A stretch of DNA of 64,000 nt. Origin: Arcobacteraceae bacterium (GTDB lineage Bacteria > Campylobacterota > Campylobacteria > Campylobacterales > Arcobacteraceae). The notes below the pieces were generated by a model. That model did not search any database, was not told the DNA's origin, and saw only the letters and a list, made by a program, of their open reading frames with translations. Positions 43,699-54,720 of the stretch are shown here, piece after piece. The first letter of the stretch is position 1. Each line of letters starts with the position of its first letter. The position numbers and the translations under genes are program-made. Where the stretch lies: positions 128,001 to 192,000 of the forward strand of contig CBDCZH010000015.1 in NCBI GenBank assembly GCA_965224485.1, in the 5' to 3' direction.

Positions 43699-45809
43699 TT
43701 AACCATTTCTCTTTTTCATAATTTCTTCAGCTACATTTCTTGGAACTTCAGAATAGTTATCAAAAATCATAGAATATGTTGCACGACCCTGAGACATAGA
43801 TCTTAAGTCAGTTGAATAACCGAACATTTCAGATAATGGAATCATTGCTACAACTAGTTTAACACCAGCTCTATCATCCATAGATTGAACTTGTCCTCTT
43901 CTTTTATTAACATCACCAATAACATCTCCCATATAATCTTCAGGAGTTTCTATTTCTACTCTCATCATAGGTTCTAAGATAATAGCTTTCGCTTCATTTG
44001 ATCTACAACCTTGTTTGAATCCCATAGAAGCAGCTAATTTAAATGCCATTTCAGATGAATCTACATCATGGTATGAACCATCATATAAAGTAACTTCAAT
44101 ATTAACTAGTGGATAACCAGCAAGGATACCTCCAGCCATAGCTTCAATACAACCTTTATCAACAGCAGGAATATATTCTTTTGGAACAGATCCACCCTTG
44201 ATTTTATTATGGAAAATATAGTTTTCTTCACTATCAGCTGGTAATGGCTTAATTTCTAAGTAAACATGTCCATATTGACCTTTACCACCAGATTGTTTAG
44301 CATATTTATACTCAACTTTAGTTGCATTTTTAATAGTTTCTCTATAAGCAACTTGAGGAGCACCAACTTCAGCTTCAACTGCAAATTCTCTTTTCATTCT
44401 ATCAACAAGAATTTCAAGGTGAAGTTCACCCATTCCTGAAATAATAGTTTGACCAGATTCTTCATCTGTTTTAACTCTAAAAGAAGGATCTTCTTGAGCT
44501 AATTTTCCTAAAGCAACACCCATTTTTTCTTGATCAGCTTTAGTTTTAGGCTCAACTGCAACAGATATAACTGGTTCAGGAAAGTCCATTCTCTCTAATA
44601 TAACTGGATCTTTTTCACTAGCTAGTGTATCACCAGTAATTGTTGATTTTAAACCAACAACAGCACCAATTTCCCCAGCATATAATTCAGAAACTTCTTC
44701 TCTTTTGATAGCATGCATCTTAAGAAGTCTTCCAATTCTCTCTTTTTTCATTTTTGTTGAATTTAAACATAAGTACCAGATTTTAGAACACCTCTATAAA
44801 CTCTAGTAAATGTTAATTGTCCAACAAAAGGATCAGTCATAATTTTAAATGCTAATGCTGCAACTTCACCATCATCAGATGATGCAACAATAACAGCTTC
44901 GCCTTCTTGAGTTTCACCTTTAATATCTTCAACTTCTACTGGAGAAGGTAAGTATCTACAAACAGCGTCAAGTAAAGTTTGAACACCTTTGTTTTTAAAA
45001 GCAGTTCCACAAATCATTGGAGTAATGTTCATTGCTAAACAACCTTTTTTGATTGCAGCCATGATTTCTTCATTAGTAATTTCTTCACCCTCTCAAGGTA
45101 TTTCATTCCTAAGATATCATCTTGTTCTGCAGCAGCTTCAACTAATTTTTTCTCTATATTCGTTAGCTTTATCAACTAAGTTAGCAGGAATTTCTTCTAC
45201 GTGGTAGTTAGAACCCATTTCAGCATCTAAATCCCAAACAATTGCTTTCATTTCAACTAAGTCAACAACACCAGCGAAGTTTTCTTCAGCTCCAATAGGA
45301 ATCTGAATAGGCACAGGATTAGCTTTAAGTCTCTCAGCTACTTGTGATTCAACATTAAAGAAATCAGCACCAGTTCTATCCATTTTATTTACAAAAATGA
45401 TTCTTGGTACTCTATATTTATTTGCTTGTCTCCAAACTGTTTCAGATTGTGGTTGAACCCCACCAACTGAACAAAATACTGCAACAGCACCATCAAGTAC
45501 TCTCATAGATCTCTCAACTTCAATAGTGAAGTCAACGTGACCTGGAGTATCAATGATATTAATCATAGTATCAGTTCCGTCCATTGGATTTTCCCAGTGA
45601 CAAGTAGTTGCAGCTGAAGTAATTGTAATACCTCTTTCTTGCTCTTGTTCCATCCAATCCATAGTTGCAGCACCATCATGTACTTCACCTATTTTATGCT
45701 CAACACCTGTATAGAATAAAATTCTTTCAGTTGTAGTAGTTTTACCTGCATCAATATGTGCAGCAATTCCGATATTTCTTACTTGATTAAGTGGTGTTTT
45801 TCTTGCCAT
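43699..45809 (-). CDS. fusA: Elongation factor G (split by probable sequencing indels)
   Basis: [39 protein letters not shown] across three frames; breaks near 44763 and 45090-45150. Confidence 0.95.
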
Positions 45810-45818
45810 TTTAAAGTC

Positions 45819-46298
<480 letters not shown>

Positions 46299-46302
46299 CT
46301 AC

Positions 46303-46677
46303 TTATTTTTTTGGTTTTTTAGTACCGTATTTAGATCTTGCAACAGTTCTTCCTGCAACACCAGCAGTATCTAAAGCACCACGAACAATATGATATTTAA
46401 CACCAGGTAAATCTTTAACTCTACCTCCACGTACTAAAACAATTGAATGTTCTTGAAGGTTATGACCTTCTCCACCAATGTATGAAATAACTTCAAAACC
46501 AGTAGTTAATCTAACTTTTGCAACTTTTCTTAAAGCCGAGTTAGGTTTTTTTGGTGTAGTAGTATAAACTCTAGTACAAACCCCTCTTCTTTGTGGACAT
46601 TTTTCTAAAGCTGGCGATTTAGATTTTTTTACAACCCTTTTTCGCTCATTTCTAATCAATTGATTAATTGTAGGCAT
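46303..46677 (-). CDS. rpsL: 30S ribosomal protein S12
   Basis: [20 protein letters not shown]. Confidence 0.99.
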   Translation of the reverse strand: MPTINQLIRNERKRVVKKSKSPALEKCPQRRGVCTRVYTTTPKKPNSALRKVAKVRLTTGFEVISYIGGEGHNLQEHSIVLVRGGRVKDLPGVKYHIVRGALDTAGVAGRTVARSKYGTKKPKK

Positions 46678-46888
46678 CTTTTCCCTTTTAATGGTAAAAT
46701 AGATTGTCAGTAATATAGTATTTATATGTAAAGATTCTCTATTCTATTCTTGGTTTGAACAATTCAAGCAATGTTCATGCTTCTCGTTACGCACTAAATG
46801 CGCCATGACATATACCCATGTATAATCAAAACGATACTTCCATTCTAGAGAAACAGTAAGTTTTCTAAAAAGTAGCGTGATTATACCC
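46678..46888 (-). promoter_or_regulatory. str operon promoter and long structured 5' leader
   Basis: GGGTATAAT (-10 at 46880-46885) about 200 nt upstream of rpsL; several hairpins in between. Confidence 0.5.
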
Positions 46889-46950
46889 AAGTTTGCTTTA
46901 ATCTTTCTTTAGCAGTATAAATTACATTTATAACGTTTTAGCTTTTAGAA

Positions 46951-47097
46951 CTCTTACAAAGGTAAACCTTCGCGCTTTTTATCGAAGAATTTGCTCGTAC
47001 CTCGTGCATGCTTATCTTTTGTCAATACATGCCGGAACAAAGTGACTAAATCCTTAAAGGTAAAAGTAAGAAAACGGGAACTGAAAGTTTACAAGAG
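46951..47097. mobile_element. Short MITE-like element (copy A)
   Basis: Ends match those of 49982-50565 (34/35 and 22/23 bp); imperfect TIRs CTCTTRYAAA...TTCSCG. Confidence 0.6.
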
Positions 47098-47292
47098 AGA
47101 GCCTTAATGTTAAAAATATACTTCATGTAGAAACTAACAAAGAGACGGATTAAACCCAAATACAACAATTAGTACTACATTATGTACAGTTTACCTAGGT
47201 ATTTACTAGCTAAACTATACATTGAAATAATTGTACCTTATAAAAAAACTCTATTTTTTGCAAACTATTTTAAATAAAAGCCCGAAACTAGG

Positions 47293-47388
47293 GTTTTTAC
47301 AAAAAAATAAAATAACATTAAAAATGTCTATTCAACATCTATATTAAGTCATATTAGTATAAAGTGTACTACTAATAAATAGTTATAC
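47293..47388 (+). other. attI-like integron recombination site (copy A)
   Basis: ...TACTACTAATAAATAG|TTATAC; 44/45 bp identical to copy B up to GTT, then unrelated. Confidence 0.7.
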
Positions 47389-47412
47389 AATCAAATTATC
47401 AATAGGAGGATT

Positions 47413-48051
47413 ATGAATAGTTATTTAGATAAATGTTTAGAACTACATAAACAAGGTAAAGAAATAAAATCAATAATTGAAAATATATATATTAATTATT
47501 CTTCATCAGAAGATAATGATAAAATTTATGAGTATAAAAAAGTTATTTCTAAACAATTTAATGTTTCATTAAAAGATATAAAGCTTATTGGGTCTGCACA
47601 CACAAGTTTTTCAAAAAAGAGTGGAGAGTTAAAAGATAAACTTGATCCTAATGATTATGACTTTGCTATAATAAACACTTCTTTATTTAATAAATATTGG
47701 ATTATGTTAAATAATGATTTAAATGAAGTTTCATTAGTTACTAGAAAAAATAAATTATTCTATGACTACTTAAAACGAGGTAAAATTCACCCATTTCATT
47801 TAAATCAAGATGGAAAGATATATAAAGAGATATAAAAAATAGATTATGTGAGTTAAATGTACATGAAAAGAAGTCATCTATATGTATTTATGCATTTGAA
47901 GATGCCTTTATTAATAATTTGTGTGAATATTTAACAGATGACTTGATACAATACTTTAAAAATAAAATAGAAGAACCAAAAAATAAAAAAACTTGTTTCT
48001 AATGGCTTTCGTCCATTAGAAAATTTGGGAGATATACTAAATGGGAAATAG
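47413..48051 (+). CDS. Pol-beta-type nucleotidyltransferase-like protein (frameshift near 47833; end 48002 or 48051)
   Basis: IGSAHTSFS...NDYDFAII (GS...DxD); reading continues KNRLCELNVHEKKSSICIYAFEDAF in another frame; RBS AGGAGG. Confidence 0.6.
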
Positions 48052-49214
48052 TCAAAAAACATTTGAATTAGGTCGAATGGATATAGTGGATATATATGAA
48101 TGGATTGAAGGTGGAAAAATAATTACTGGTCCAGTTTTTCAAAGACTTAGTGTTTGGAAAAACAAAGATAGAGAAGACTTAATTGACACAATAATGAATG
48201 GATTTCCAAGTTCCAGCAATTTTTATTTGTGAAGGAAGTACCGATTTTAAGCAGATAGGAAAAAAGTATGTTGTACTAGATGGAAAGCAAAGACTTGAAA
48301 GTATCACTTTATTTTTACAAAATAAAATAACATATAAAGGTGACACTTTTGGAAAACTTTCTGAAGAAGAACAGACAATGTTTTTGAACTTTAGTTTGCC
48401 TGTTGTACAAATGTATATTGACGTACATAAAGAATTAGATAAAGTACAAGAAATTTTTAAAAGATTAAATAAAAATTCATATAACCTTAATGAAATTGAA
48501 AAATCATTATCTCAATATATTGACTATGATTTTATAAACATAAGTAAAATTCTATGTTCTTATATTGAAATTAAAACATCTAATAATGAGTATGATAAAG
48601 AATCAATTGTGGAGAACACAGAATCAGAAGTAATTAAAAGTGATTATAATGAAACATATTTCGTTAAAGATTATATAAATATATATTTTTCAAAAGTAGA
48701 TACAAGTAATATTCAAACAATATTTTCTGATTTAAGATTTTTTACTACACATGAGCAAAATAGACAAACGTCAATTCAACATCTAATAAACATACTTGGT
48801 TCATTAATTAAAAAGGAACATATAGGTAGAAATGTAAAAGGGACTGAATATGAAGCTTATTCTAATCAAAAGTTTGTTGAAGATACATTATTCCCTATTA
48901 TAGAAAAACTAAATGATTCTGCTGATAAATTTTTACAATTATATAGTTTATTAGAACAAGAGGACTTGGGTAAACTAAAAAAGAAGTTTTGGTTTAGTAA
49001 ATCTAATTTATATACATTCCTGACTTTATTATTTAAATATAACTTTAGTGACTTAAACATTACAAAAATGGCTTTATTAGATTTTTCAAAAGCGACACAA
49101 GAAAAAGAAATGCAATTATTTAAAGATTATAGATTTTCTTGTACTGAAGCCGTAAATGGGAAGAAAGCAAGAGAGTTGAGGGAAACTATATTAGTTGAAA
49201 TTCTTGGGCTTTAA
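48041..49214 (+). CDS. DUF262 (GmrSD/ParB-like) domain protein (one frameshift near 48208)
   Basis: PVFQR..VW, LIDTIMNGFP-VPAIF, VLDGKQRL, IFKRLN. Confidence 0.8.
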
Positions 49215-49215
49215 A

Positions 49216-49273
49216 GTATAACAAATACTAGCAGCGAACGCAAAGAGAGCGTCGCTGAAGTCAGCCGTTATGT
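49216..49273 (+). other. attC integron cassette site (58 bp)
   Basis: R'' GTATAAC-5bp-L'' CTAGCAGC-hairpin-L' GCTGAAG-6bp-R' GTTATGT; R'' is the exact complement of GTTATAC at 47382. Confidence 0.85.
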
Positions 49274-49302
49274 CTTGCTGTAGATAAGCTAGATATTTCT
49301 TC

Positions 49303-49331
49303 TTGACATAACGTACGATATTATGTACAAT
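49303..49331 (+). promoter_or_regulatory. TA promoter/operator
   Basis: TTGACA-17bp-TACAAT with CGTACG and TGTACA cores 12 bp apart. Confidence 0.8.
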
Positions 49332-49357
49332 ATAGAAAAAGAAATAAAAGGTTATTC

Positions 49358-49603
49358 ATGACAAAAACTATGTCAGTAAGTCAAGTTAGAGCAGATATTT
49401 ATAATGTAATGGATGAAACAGCACTAACACATGAACCAGTACTTATTACAGGAAAAAGAAATAATGTTGTAATGATTTCAGAAGAAGACTGGAAAGCAAT
49501 AGAAGAAACATTATATTTAAATACTGTACCAAATATGGCATCGTCTATACAAGATTCAATGAATGCACCAGATAGTAAATTTACTGAAAATATTGAATGG
49601 TAG
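49358..49603 (+). CDS. yefM: Phd/YefM antitoxin
   Basis: PVLITGKRNNVVMISEEDWKAIEETLYL. Confidence 0.92.
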   Translation: MTKTMSVSQVRADIYNVMDETALTHEPVLITGKRNNVVMISEEDWKAIEETLYLNTVPNMASSIQDSMNAPDSKFTENIEW

Positions 49604-49866
49604 AATATAAAATACTATATAGTAAATTAGCATTAAAAGATGCTAAAAAACTATCAAGTGCTAATTTAGCAAATAAAGCAAAAGAACTAATTGAAATTAT
49701 TAAAATAAACCCATTTAAAAACCCACCACCTTATGAAAAATTAGTCGGTAATCTTAATGGCTCTTATTCAAGAAGAATAAATATCAAACATAGAATAGTT
49801 TATGAAGTAAGGGAAATAGATAAAGTCATCAGAATATCAAGAATGTGGTCACACTATGGAGAATAA
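49597..49866 (+). CDS. yoeB: Txe/YoeB toxin
   Basis: PYEKLVGNLNGSYSRRINIKHRIVY...WSHY. Confidence 0.92.
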   Translation: MVEYKILYSKLALKDAKKLSSANLANKAKELIEIIKINPFKNPPPYEKLVGNLNGSYSRRINIKHRIVYEVREIDKVIRISRMWSHYGE

Positions 49867-49960
49867 GATAACAAAACACAGGAAAAAAAACAAGTTACCC
49901 TCGCGAACTTTATTAGAAAAAGTATCGGGCACAAAATAGTAACTTTTCTTAACTTAATCT
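49866..49960 (+). other. Degenerate attC of the TA cassette
   Basis: AGATAAC-AAAAC at the yoeB stop (ACATAAC expected); AAGTTAC/GTAACTT arms; no R' box. Confidence 0.45.
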
Positions 49961-49981
49961 TAAAATAACATACTTATAGAA

Positions 49982-50565
49982 CTCTTACAAAGGTGAACCT
50001 TCGCGCTTTTTTCCCTTACAGGATTGTTCACTTCGTTCAGGCATCTTTTTTTGTCGATCAAAAAGAAACAAAAAAGTCGACTGCCGGTTGATGAAGCCCT
50101 CCGGGTGCCTAGAGTTCAAAAATTCATTTTCTGCGCTACAGAACTCGCTAAAACGTGCCCTTACGGCACCTTTTTAAACGCTCAGACATGCTTCGCTTGT
50201 TACCGAAAATAAACTCTCAAACTCTAGCTTCCTCAAAGGCAGGGGTAGAGCAAGTAATCAAAATGCCCAATATAAAAACGTATTTATAAATATGTATCAA
50301 AACTATATCTACGAAGTAGACAAATAATCTTTCCGTTGATTGCTACATTTGCAGGAGCTAAAGTTTTTTTATTTCTTTACGTAACCCAAAAATAATTGTT
50401 TGAATGTGAAGAAATATGCTGGGAGCATATTTTAATGAGTTCTTATTTTTAAGTAAATCAATAAAAAAACTTTAGGTAGTCGGAGACCTCCGAAACCGTA
50501 GACACTTTCTTGTTTCTTCTTTTTGGCAAAAGAAGAAAAGAGCGGGAACTGGAAGTTTACAAGAG
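49982..50565 (-). mobile_element. Long MITE-like, highly structured non-coding element (copy B)
   Basis: Imperfect TIRs, mirrored subterminal hairpins, 23-bp stem with five G-U pairs on the minus strand; no credible ORF. Confidence 0.65.
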
Positions 50566-50635
50566 CAAAAGCCATACTATTAAAAATATACTTCATGTAA
50601 AAACTAACAAAGAGACGGATTAAACCCAAAGATAT

Positions 50636-50732
50636 GTTTTTTAACAAAAAATTAAATACCATTAAAAATATTTATTTAACATTTATATTAAGTCATATTA
50701 GTATAAAGTATACTACTAATAAATAGTTGTAT
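50636..50732 (+). other. attI-like site (copy B)
   Basis: ...TACTACTAATAAATAG|TTGTAT; homology with copy A ends at GTT 50726-50728. Confidence 0.65.
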
Positions 50733-50963
50733 GTACAATTTGACTTAGCTTTAAGAATAGAATAAAAAAGTTAAGATCTTCATGCTTGTACTGAGTATAA
50801 TAAAAATGAAAAGGAATTTAATCTTATCCAAATATATAAAATTGATAAAACATTTAATATTCATATATCCTCATTTTTTGAGTTTATTAAGTCATAGTTA
50901 AACTTAAAAATTGAATACTTTTATATGATATAATCTTATCTATAAAATATCAAGGATAAAATT

Positions 50964-52737
50964 TTGGAATTAATTTATTTATGGGTAGAAAAGTATAAAA
51001 ACATAGTAAATCAAGGGTTTAGTTTTAATCCTGAGTTTGATTGTAAATATAATAATAAACCAATAAAAAAATGACAAAAATAATTATGTAAATATATTCC
51101 CTGATAATATAAGTATTACTGCTATTGTTGGTAAAAATGGAAGCGGAAAGAGTAATATATTAGAATCATTAGTTTCTTTATTTTATGAAAGAGGGATACC
51201 TATTGATGCTGATTATCATATGTGTGCTATATTTTATGATAAAGATAAAGATGATTATTATTCAAAAGATATAAACTGTAGTTCTTGTATTCCCTTAAGT
51301 ACTATTGAAGATATACAAAATAATAGCTCTAAAGATAAAAATTCATTTCTTTTACATTATAATTATACTCTTGACTTTTTAGATAATGATGAGAATAATA
51401 TTCATTTTAATAAAATGTATCATAAAAGAGATAATTATAAAGTTCCAATACTTCTGCAACCTGATAAAACTGATAAAAACTGATAATAAAAATTAATCTT
51501 AATATAATAGACTATTTTGCAACAAGAGATATGTTTGAGTTTGTTTTTAAAGAAAACTTACCTGTTGAAAATATAGAGAAGTTTTTTAAGCCTGAAAAGT
51601 TTAAACTATCTTTTCATTTTTCATATATATATGGAGAATCAAAGCAAAACGAAGATTCTTCTAATAACACTTCATTATTTGATTATATCAAAACTCGTTC
51701 CATAAAGGGTAATTTAGATATTCACGATTATAATAATTCATATGGAATAGAAGATTATTCAGCATCTTTGGGACATATTACACGAGATGGACTTATACTA
51801 TTAACTCAGTTTTATATTTTGAAAAAAAGTATGAAAAAATAAATTTAATTATTGATAAAAAATTAAAAGAATTTTTAAATGTTCCTTTTCCAAAGTTTAA
51901 TGAGGCATTGAAAATAGTTAAAAACAATTCTTTTGAAAATCTTTTTAGTTCTGTACATTATTATGAAATATATAAAATACAAGATAGTTTCAAGTTTATA
52001 AAATTTCTTGAAAACAAGAAGAGAAATTTCAATTATCAGATGAAAAAAAGTTGATTTCGAATAATAAAGAGTTAATTCAAAATTTAGTACCTTGGATAAC
52101 AATAGATGTTTATAATGATAAAGATGTTTCTTTATCTGAACTAAGTTATGGACAAAAATTTATAATTAGGTTTTTATATAGTCTTTTAAACCAGTTAAGA
52201 AATTTAAACTCTCATCCTGAATATCAGGATATTCTACTGTTACTCGATGAAGTAGAAAATGGTCTTCATCCACAATGGCAAAAAGAGTTTATAAAATTAC
52301 TAACAGATGTATTGAGTGCTTTTTTAGAGAAATATCCTAAACGGTTTAGCTTTAATATTGTTTTAACTTCACACTCTCCATTTATTATTTCAGATTTACC
52401 AAAAGAAAATGTAATATTTTTAAAAGATGGTAAAAATATAAGTGAATCAACAAATATAAATCCATTTGGAGCAAATATACATACTCTTTTATCTCATGGT
52501 TTTTTTATGGAAGGTGGACTTATGGGTGAGTCTGCAAAAGATAAAATAAATGATGTGATAAAAGTATTAGGATCAAAGAGAAGAGTATCTAAGAAAAATC
52601 AGAAATATTGCAAATATTTAATATCTTTAATTGGTGAACCATTTTTAAAAGAAAAGCTTTTAAAAATGTATGATGACAAATTTCAAGTCATAAAAGAGGA
52701 AAGAATAAAGCAACTAGAAGAAGAGTTAAGAAAGTGA
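50964..52737 (+). CDS. ABC/AAA-type ATPase, PtuA-like (several frameshifts)
   Basis: TTG start MELIYLWVEKYKNI; Walker A GKNGSGKS at 51130-51153; LSYGQ; LLLDEVENGLHPQWQ; TSHSPF. Confidence 0.75.
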
Positions 52738-53675
52738 TTCAATTAAAATTTAACCCTACACTTTTGGACGAACATTACAATATACTTAAAATAGAATTAA
52801 CAAGCTTAATTGATAAATTAAATACTGATAAAAAAATTACAAAAAAAAGAAAAAAAGCTGATGGAACTTTTGAAAATTATACTTTCCTAACTTTAACTAC
52901 TTCATTACTTACTTTTATAAACAATTTAAATTTAGAGATGTTGTTAAAATCTAAATGTATAAAAGAAAGAATTAATGAAATGGGAGTGTTTCTTAAAAAT
53001 TCAGATGAATATAAATTATTATTTTATATCTTTGTTGAAAAAGGATATATGAAATGTTTTACAAAGGGTAATAATGCAAAAAATTACTCTGCATACACTT
53101 TAGTAGAGAAGTTAGCTATAAAAACTTGTCCTTATTGTAATAGAAATTATATATTTGTTGTAAAAAAAGGTAAGTTAAGACCTGAGATTGACCATTTTTA
53201 TCCTAAAACAGTATATCCATATTTAGCAGTTAATTTTTTTAATTTAATACCTTCTTGTCAAACTTGTAATAAAACAAAAAGCGATAAGGTGAATTTTGAT
53301 TGGATTAATCCTTATGATGTTAAAAAATACGATTATACATTGACTTATAAACCTAAAAGCATTGATTTTATAGAAGTTGAAAATAAAAAATATAACTTCG
53401 ATAGTTTTGATATTAATTTTACTTCAACAAACGAAAATATTAAAACCTTTAAATTAGAAGAATTATATAAACAACACAAAGATATTGTTCTTGAACTTTT
53501 GATTAAAAAAGCTTATTATCCTGAAAGTTATATCAAAGAGTTAAAAGGGTTTGGGTTTAGTAGTGATGAAGTGTATAGATATTTATTTTGTAATTACAAA
53601 GAGGATAAAGATTTACACAAAAGACCACTTAGTAAACTTACAAAAGATATTTCAGAAGAGTTAGGTCTGATATGA
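52734..53675 (+). CDS. HNH endonuclease, PtuB-like
   Basis: CPYC...IDHFYPK..YP...NLIPSCQTCN; overlaps ATPase stop (GTGA). Confidence 0.8.
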   Translation: MIQLKFNPTLLDEHYNILKIELTSLIDKLNTDKKITKKRKKADGTFENYTFLTLTTSLLTFINNLNLEMLLKSKCIKERINEMGVFLKNSDEYKLLFYIFVEKGYMKCFTKGNNAKNYSAYTLVEKLAIKTCPYCNRNYIFVVKKGKLRPEIDHFYPKTVYPYLAVNFFNLIPSCQTCNKTKSDKVNFDWINPYDVKKYDYTLTYKPKSIDFIEVENKKYNFDSFDINFTSTNENIKTFKLEELYKQHKDIVLELLIKKAYYPESYIKELKGFGFSSDEVYRYLFCNYKEDKDLHKRPLSKLTKDISEELGLI

Positions 53676-53706
53676 AAATATATTATAGTACAAAAGGCAA
53701 AAACTG

Positions 53707-54712
53707 ATGGAAAAAAAACCTACAAATAGAAACAACAGCCCAATTTTTAATTTACAAATCAGATAATCATGATGTAAAAGTAGATGTACTCTTACATGAT
53801 GAAAACATTTGGCTTACACAAGAGCAAATGGCACAATTATTTGGTAAAGCAAAATCAACTATAAATGAACATATTAAAAATATTTTCAAAGATGAAGAGC
53901 TTATAGAATCAGAAGTTATACAGAAATTCGGAAATTCCGAATTTCAGCAAAAAGCACCAAATTATTATAATCTTGATACTATTATTTCAGTTGGATATAG
54001 AGTAAAATCAATACAAGGTGTAAGGTTCCGACAATGGGCAACTAAAAGACTACAAGAGTATATCATCAAAGGTTTTACTATGGATGATGAGAGACTCAAA
54101 AATCCAGAACAACCTTTTGGAAAAGATTATTTCAAAGAGCAATTAGAACGTATAAAAGATATTCGCTCTAGTGAAAGAAGATTTTATCAACAAATCACAG
54201 ATATCTATAGTGAATGTAGTATTGATTATGATAAAAATTCGAAAGCTACGAAAGTGTTTTTTGCTACTGTTCAAAATAAATTACATTGGGCTATAACTAA
54301 TCAGACAGCTTCAGAAATAATATATTCAAGAGCCAACCATGAAAAAGATAATATGGGATTAACTACTTGGAAAACAGCTCCAACAGGGAGAATAAGAAAA
54401 ACTGATGTAATTGTAGCTAAAAACTATTTACAAGAAAAAGAGTTAAAAACATTAAACAGGGTTGTAACAATGTACCTTGATTATGCAGAACATCAAGCAG
54501 AACGACAAATTCCTATGACTATGGGTGATTGGTCTAAGAGACTAAATACTTTTTTAGAATTCAATGAGCATGATATTTTACAAGATGCAGGAAAAATTAC
54601 AGCAAAAATTGCAAAAGAGTTTGCTATAAATGAATTTGAAAGATTTAAAGTAATACAAAATAAATCATATCAGAGTGATTTTGATAGATTACTAGGTAAG
54701 ATAGAGATTTAG
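53707..54712 (+). CDS. RhuM family protein
   Basis: IWLTQEQMAQLF, YYNLDTIISVGYRV, IRSSERRFY, FFATVQNKLHWA; ATG 53707 needs one A removed from an A8 run. Confidence 0.88.
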
Positions 54713-54720
54713 GTAGATAC

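Noticed and set aside
44752..45150. Programmed frameshifting or true pseudogenisation of fusA
   Set aside because: Breaks fall in homopolymers or a garbled patch of an essential gene; sequencing error is simpler
46900..47340. Remnant of an integron integrase upstream of the attI-like site
   Set aside because: No tyrosine-recombinase motifs seen and too little space
50024..50662. Short ORFs 50024-50212 and 50432-50662
   Set aside because: Lie within the structured repeat; no clear RBS or recognisable domain
49982..53675. Retron (structured ncRNA upstream of PtuAB-like genes)
   Set aside because: No reverse transcriptase in the window, and the structured element has a sibling unlinked to the ATPase
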